This document shows positions 14,396 to 16,210 of a stretch of 16,210 nucleotides of DNA, piece after piece. Within the stretch, counting starts at the first letter, position 1. Each line of letters opens with the position of its first letter. The notes beneath the pieces are model-generated. The model worked only from the letters and a program-made list of their open reading frames with translations. It did no database searches and was not told where the DNA came from. Made by a program: the position numbers and the translations under genes. Origin of the DNA: a virus; the IMG/VR virus record IMGVR_UViG_3300045988_142703, positions 1 through 16,210 of that record; one strand, 5' to 3'.

Positions 14396-15269
14396 CGGCA
14401 TCGACATTTCGGGCTATCAAAAGGGTATCGACCTGGGGAAGCTGAACGGGGTTGATTTCGTCATCATCAAGGCCACGCAGGGGCGCACCTACCTTAACCC
14501 GGCGTTCAAAGCCCAGATCACCCAGGCCCTCGACCTGGGTAAGCTAGTGGGCGTGTACCACTACGTTTCCGGCATCGGGGCGAAGGATGAGGCCCAGTGG
14601 TTCTATGACAACATCAAGCCCTATTTAGGCCAGGTTGTTATCTGCATCGACTGGGAGGAGATTCAGAATTCGGCTTGGGGAAATCTCAACTACCTCGACC
14701 AGCTCATGACCCAGATTAACGGGCTCACGGGCGTTCCTGCGCTCATCTATGCGAGCAAGGCTGTATTTCCCTGGGATTTGGCGAAAAAGCACAATGCCGG
14801 GGCCTGGGTTGCCCAGTACGCCAACGACAATGCGACGGGGTTTCAGGCCGTTCCCTGGAATGAGGGGGCCTATACGTGCGCCATTCGCCAGTACACCGCA
14901 AACGGCTATCTGGACGGCTGGGGCGGGGCGCTCGACCTCGACAAGGCTTATATGACGCGCGAGGCGTGGGCGAAATACGCCAACCCTGGCGGCACAGTAT
15001 CGCCCGCACCTAAGCCCGTCGCCCCGTCAGCGCCAAAGCTGGGCGGGCAGTTCAAAATTCTGGTGGATGGGCTCAACGTGCGCAGCAAGCCCAGTCTGAG
15101 CGCGTCCGTAGTGGCCCACTACAACCGAGGCGAAAAGGTTTGGTTGGATTCCACGGTGACAAAGGCCAATGGGTGGTACTGGGGCACCTACATCGGCGCG
15201 AGCGGCAAACGGCGCTACATTGCCGTGCAGAGCGTGGACGGCAAGCACGTTTACGCTAAGAGGGCGTGA
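14385..15269 (+). CDS. Endolysin, 294 aa: N-terminal GH25 muramidase plus C-terminal SH3b-type cell-wall-binding domain
   Basis: The GH25 pattern is GIDISGYQKGIDLGKLNGVDFVIIKATQGRTYLNPAFKAQ...GVYHY...DWEE, as in Cpl-1. A Pro/Ala linker (PAPKPVAPSAPK) follows. The C-terminus (KILVDGLNVRSKPS...GEKVW...ANGWYWGTYIG...RYIAVQ) looks like SH3b. A gaggagg RBS sits 6 nt before the ATG at 14385. The start overlaps the last three holin codons. Confidence 0.85.
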   Translation: MGLNGIDISGYQKGIDLGKLNGVDFVIIKATQGRTYLNPAFKAQITQALDLGKLVGVYHYVSGIGAKDEAQWFYDNIKPYLGQVVICIDWEEIQNSAWGNLNYLDQLMTQINGLTGVPALIYASKAVFPWDLAKKHNAGAWVAQYANDNATGFQAVPWNEGAYTCAIRQYTANGYLDGWGGALDLDKAYMTREAWAKYANPGGTVSPAPKPVAPSAPKLGGQFKILVDGLNVRSKPSLSASVVAHYNRGEKVWLDSTVTKANGWYWGTYIGASGKRRYIAVQSVDGKHVYAKRA

Positions 15270-15328
15270 CATGTGCTGTTTGTTCTCATTACAGCGATAT
15301 CCGCGCTGGCAGTGATGAGATAATTAAC

Positions 15329-15360
15329 AAAGCCCCTCGATTGAGGGGCTTTATTAGTTG
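15329..15360. terminator. Bidirectional intrinsic terminator between the convergent late operon (+) and the right-end genes (-)
   Basis: The sequence is aaagcccctc-gatt-gaggggcttt. It forms a perfect stem flanked by tttattagttgtt on the + strand and, on the - strand, by tttgtt. It therefore works in both directions. Confidence 0.65.
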
Positions 15361-15425
15361 TTGGCAAGGGTGATGAGCAGATCGTAATAGTCGCTATCTC
15401 GGTGCGCTGCAGCCTTCAAAGCGAT

Positions 15426-15689
15426 TTACAAAACGTGGTAGTGCTCTTCATCACCTACCAAAACTAACAACTCAGCTAGCCCGTTACGGTCATTTCGAGC
15501 ACTTATGTTCTGCACATACATATCGCCGTGAGTGCGAAGAAGATTGAGCATTTCGGGGTTCGCACACTCGGAAATAGTTGTTTCAAAGCCATCAAATATA
15601 TGTTCAAGACTGTATACAGGGAAATTGCGCACTACAACGATCAATTTAGTATTAGTGTTCATCACCTCCACGAATTCGCGCAACTTCAT
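15426..15689 (-). CDS. Hypothetical right-end early protein, 87 aa
   Basis: An aaggagg RBS lies 7 nt upstream of the ATG at 15689. It is translationally coupled to the upstream ORF. It ends just before the bidirectional terminator. There is no recognisable motif. Confidence 0.5.
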   Translation of the reverse strand: MKLREFVEVMNTNTKLIVVVRNFPVYSLEHIFDGFETTISECANPEMLNLLRTHGDMYVQNISARNDRNGLAELLVLVGDEEHYHVL

Positions 15690-15877
15690 TTCACAGCCTC
15701 CTTGAATTCCTTCGGTGTGATGGTGTAAACAGTTGTTGCTTCGCAGTCAACCACATACGCGGTCTTCTCTAGTAGGCCACAGAGAACGATTGCAAGCTGG
15801 CAAGCGTCCATGTAGTAGAGATCAATAAACGGCCCGATTTCAGGATCTTCAATGATTACGGTGTGCACGGTTACCAC
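15686..15877 (-). CDS. Hypothetical right-end early protein, about 60-63 aa, acidic. The start is a GTG at 15877 or 15868.
   Basis: It is transcribed inward from the right ITR promoter. gaaggag lies upstream. It overlaps the downstream gene by ATGA. It has lower GC than the core genome. There is no recognisable motif. Confidence 0.45.
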   Translation of the reverse strand: MVTVHTVIIEDPEIGPFIDLYYMDACQLAIVLCGLLEKTAYVVDCEATTVYTITPKEFKEAVK

Positions 15878-15903
15878 ACTCCTTCATTCTTCATAATCGC
15901 ACC

Positions 15904-16210
15904 GGGGCGAGCGGTGGGAGAGTCTACATCGCCGCCCCGTGGTTCACATTATACACGCAAAGACAGACAAAGGCGGAATCCGTTACTAATTAGCCGTAGT
16001 GAACTTTGCATAATGATTATATGGTTACGCGGTTATGAAATTATAGGGATATATGATTACAGGATTATAGGGCATAATGATATAAGGATTATGGCGTTAT
16101 ATGATGCAATGATTATATGGTTATATCATTATATGATTCTGGAAAGTTAGCCATGGTTGTTATCGCCCTATTTGCTTTGGGGCTGACAATAGTGCAAAAA
16201 GGGGCACCAC
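15904..16210. repeat. Right inverted terminal repeat (ITR), 307 bp
   Basis: This is the mirror copy of 1-307. The ORF-track 'proteins' at 61-297(-) and 15863-16150(+) have the same sequence because they are the same DNA read in inverted orientation. Confidence 0.9.

Noticed and set aside
1-16210. Search for tRNA genes, CRISPR arrays, integrase or recombinase, reverse transcriptase (DGR), and homing endonuclease or intron insertions in DNAP
   Set aside because: None was seen. There are no regularly spaced direct repeats with unique spacers. The DNAP, MCP and ATPase reading frames are continuous and collinear with phi29 homologues. There is no tyrosine or serine recombinase motif. A strictly lytic protein-primed phage is the simplest reading.

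Overview
The window looks like a complete 16,210-bp linear genome of a phi29-like (Salasmaviridae/Picovirinae-type) podovirus with protein-primed replication. Bases 1-307 and 15904-16210 are near-perfect inverted terminal repeats (ITRs), with two adjacent mismatches. All major genes sit on the + strand in a compact, often overlapping layout. Five small early genes come first. These are followed by a terminal-protein candidate and a family-B protein-primed DNA polymerase that aligns with phi29 p2 along its whole length (DFETTT, FHNL.FDG, Y..ND, NSMYPS, KLMLNALYGKF, YADTDS, KYLR.KTY). Next come a small putative ribbon-helix-helix regulator and an intergenic block that combines a promoter-like element, a structured region and an intrinsic terminator. 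The late operon follows: scaffold, phi29 gp8-like major capsid protein with an Ig-like C-terminus, gp9-like tail knob, gp10-like connector, lower collar, an unknown 182-aa protein, a coiled-coil tail fibre, a tail-associated SLT+NlpC/P60 wall hydrolase, gp16-like packaging ATPase, holin, and a GH25+SH3b endolysin. A bidirectional terminator closes the operon. Two small minus-strand genes at the right end are transcribed inward from the right ITR. Gene direction and order resemble Cp-1/Av-1-type phages more than phi29 itself. The overall GC content is high, but the ITR cores and both ITR-proximal small-gene modules are markedly AT-richer. The most unusual signals are listed here. (a) A five-unit, 24-bp-phased TATAAT-containing repeat array sits inside each ITR. 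(b) A promoter plus leader hairpin at the inner ITR edge is duplicated so that it fires inward from both ends. (c) The terminus has a GTGGTG reiteration. (d) A candidate roughly 115-nt sRNA locus, possibly a pRNA, lies at the early/late boundary. (e) The tail-fibre stalk carries a perfect 63-bp tandem duplication. (f) The gp13 analogue has a non-canonical domain make-up. No tRNA, CRISPR, integrase or reverse transcriptase was seen.
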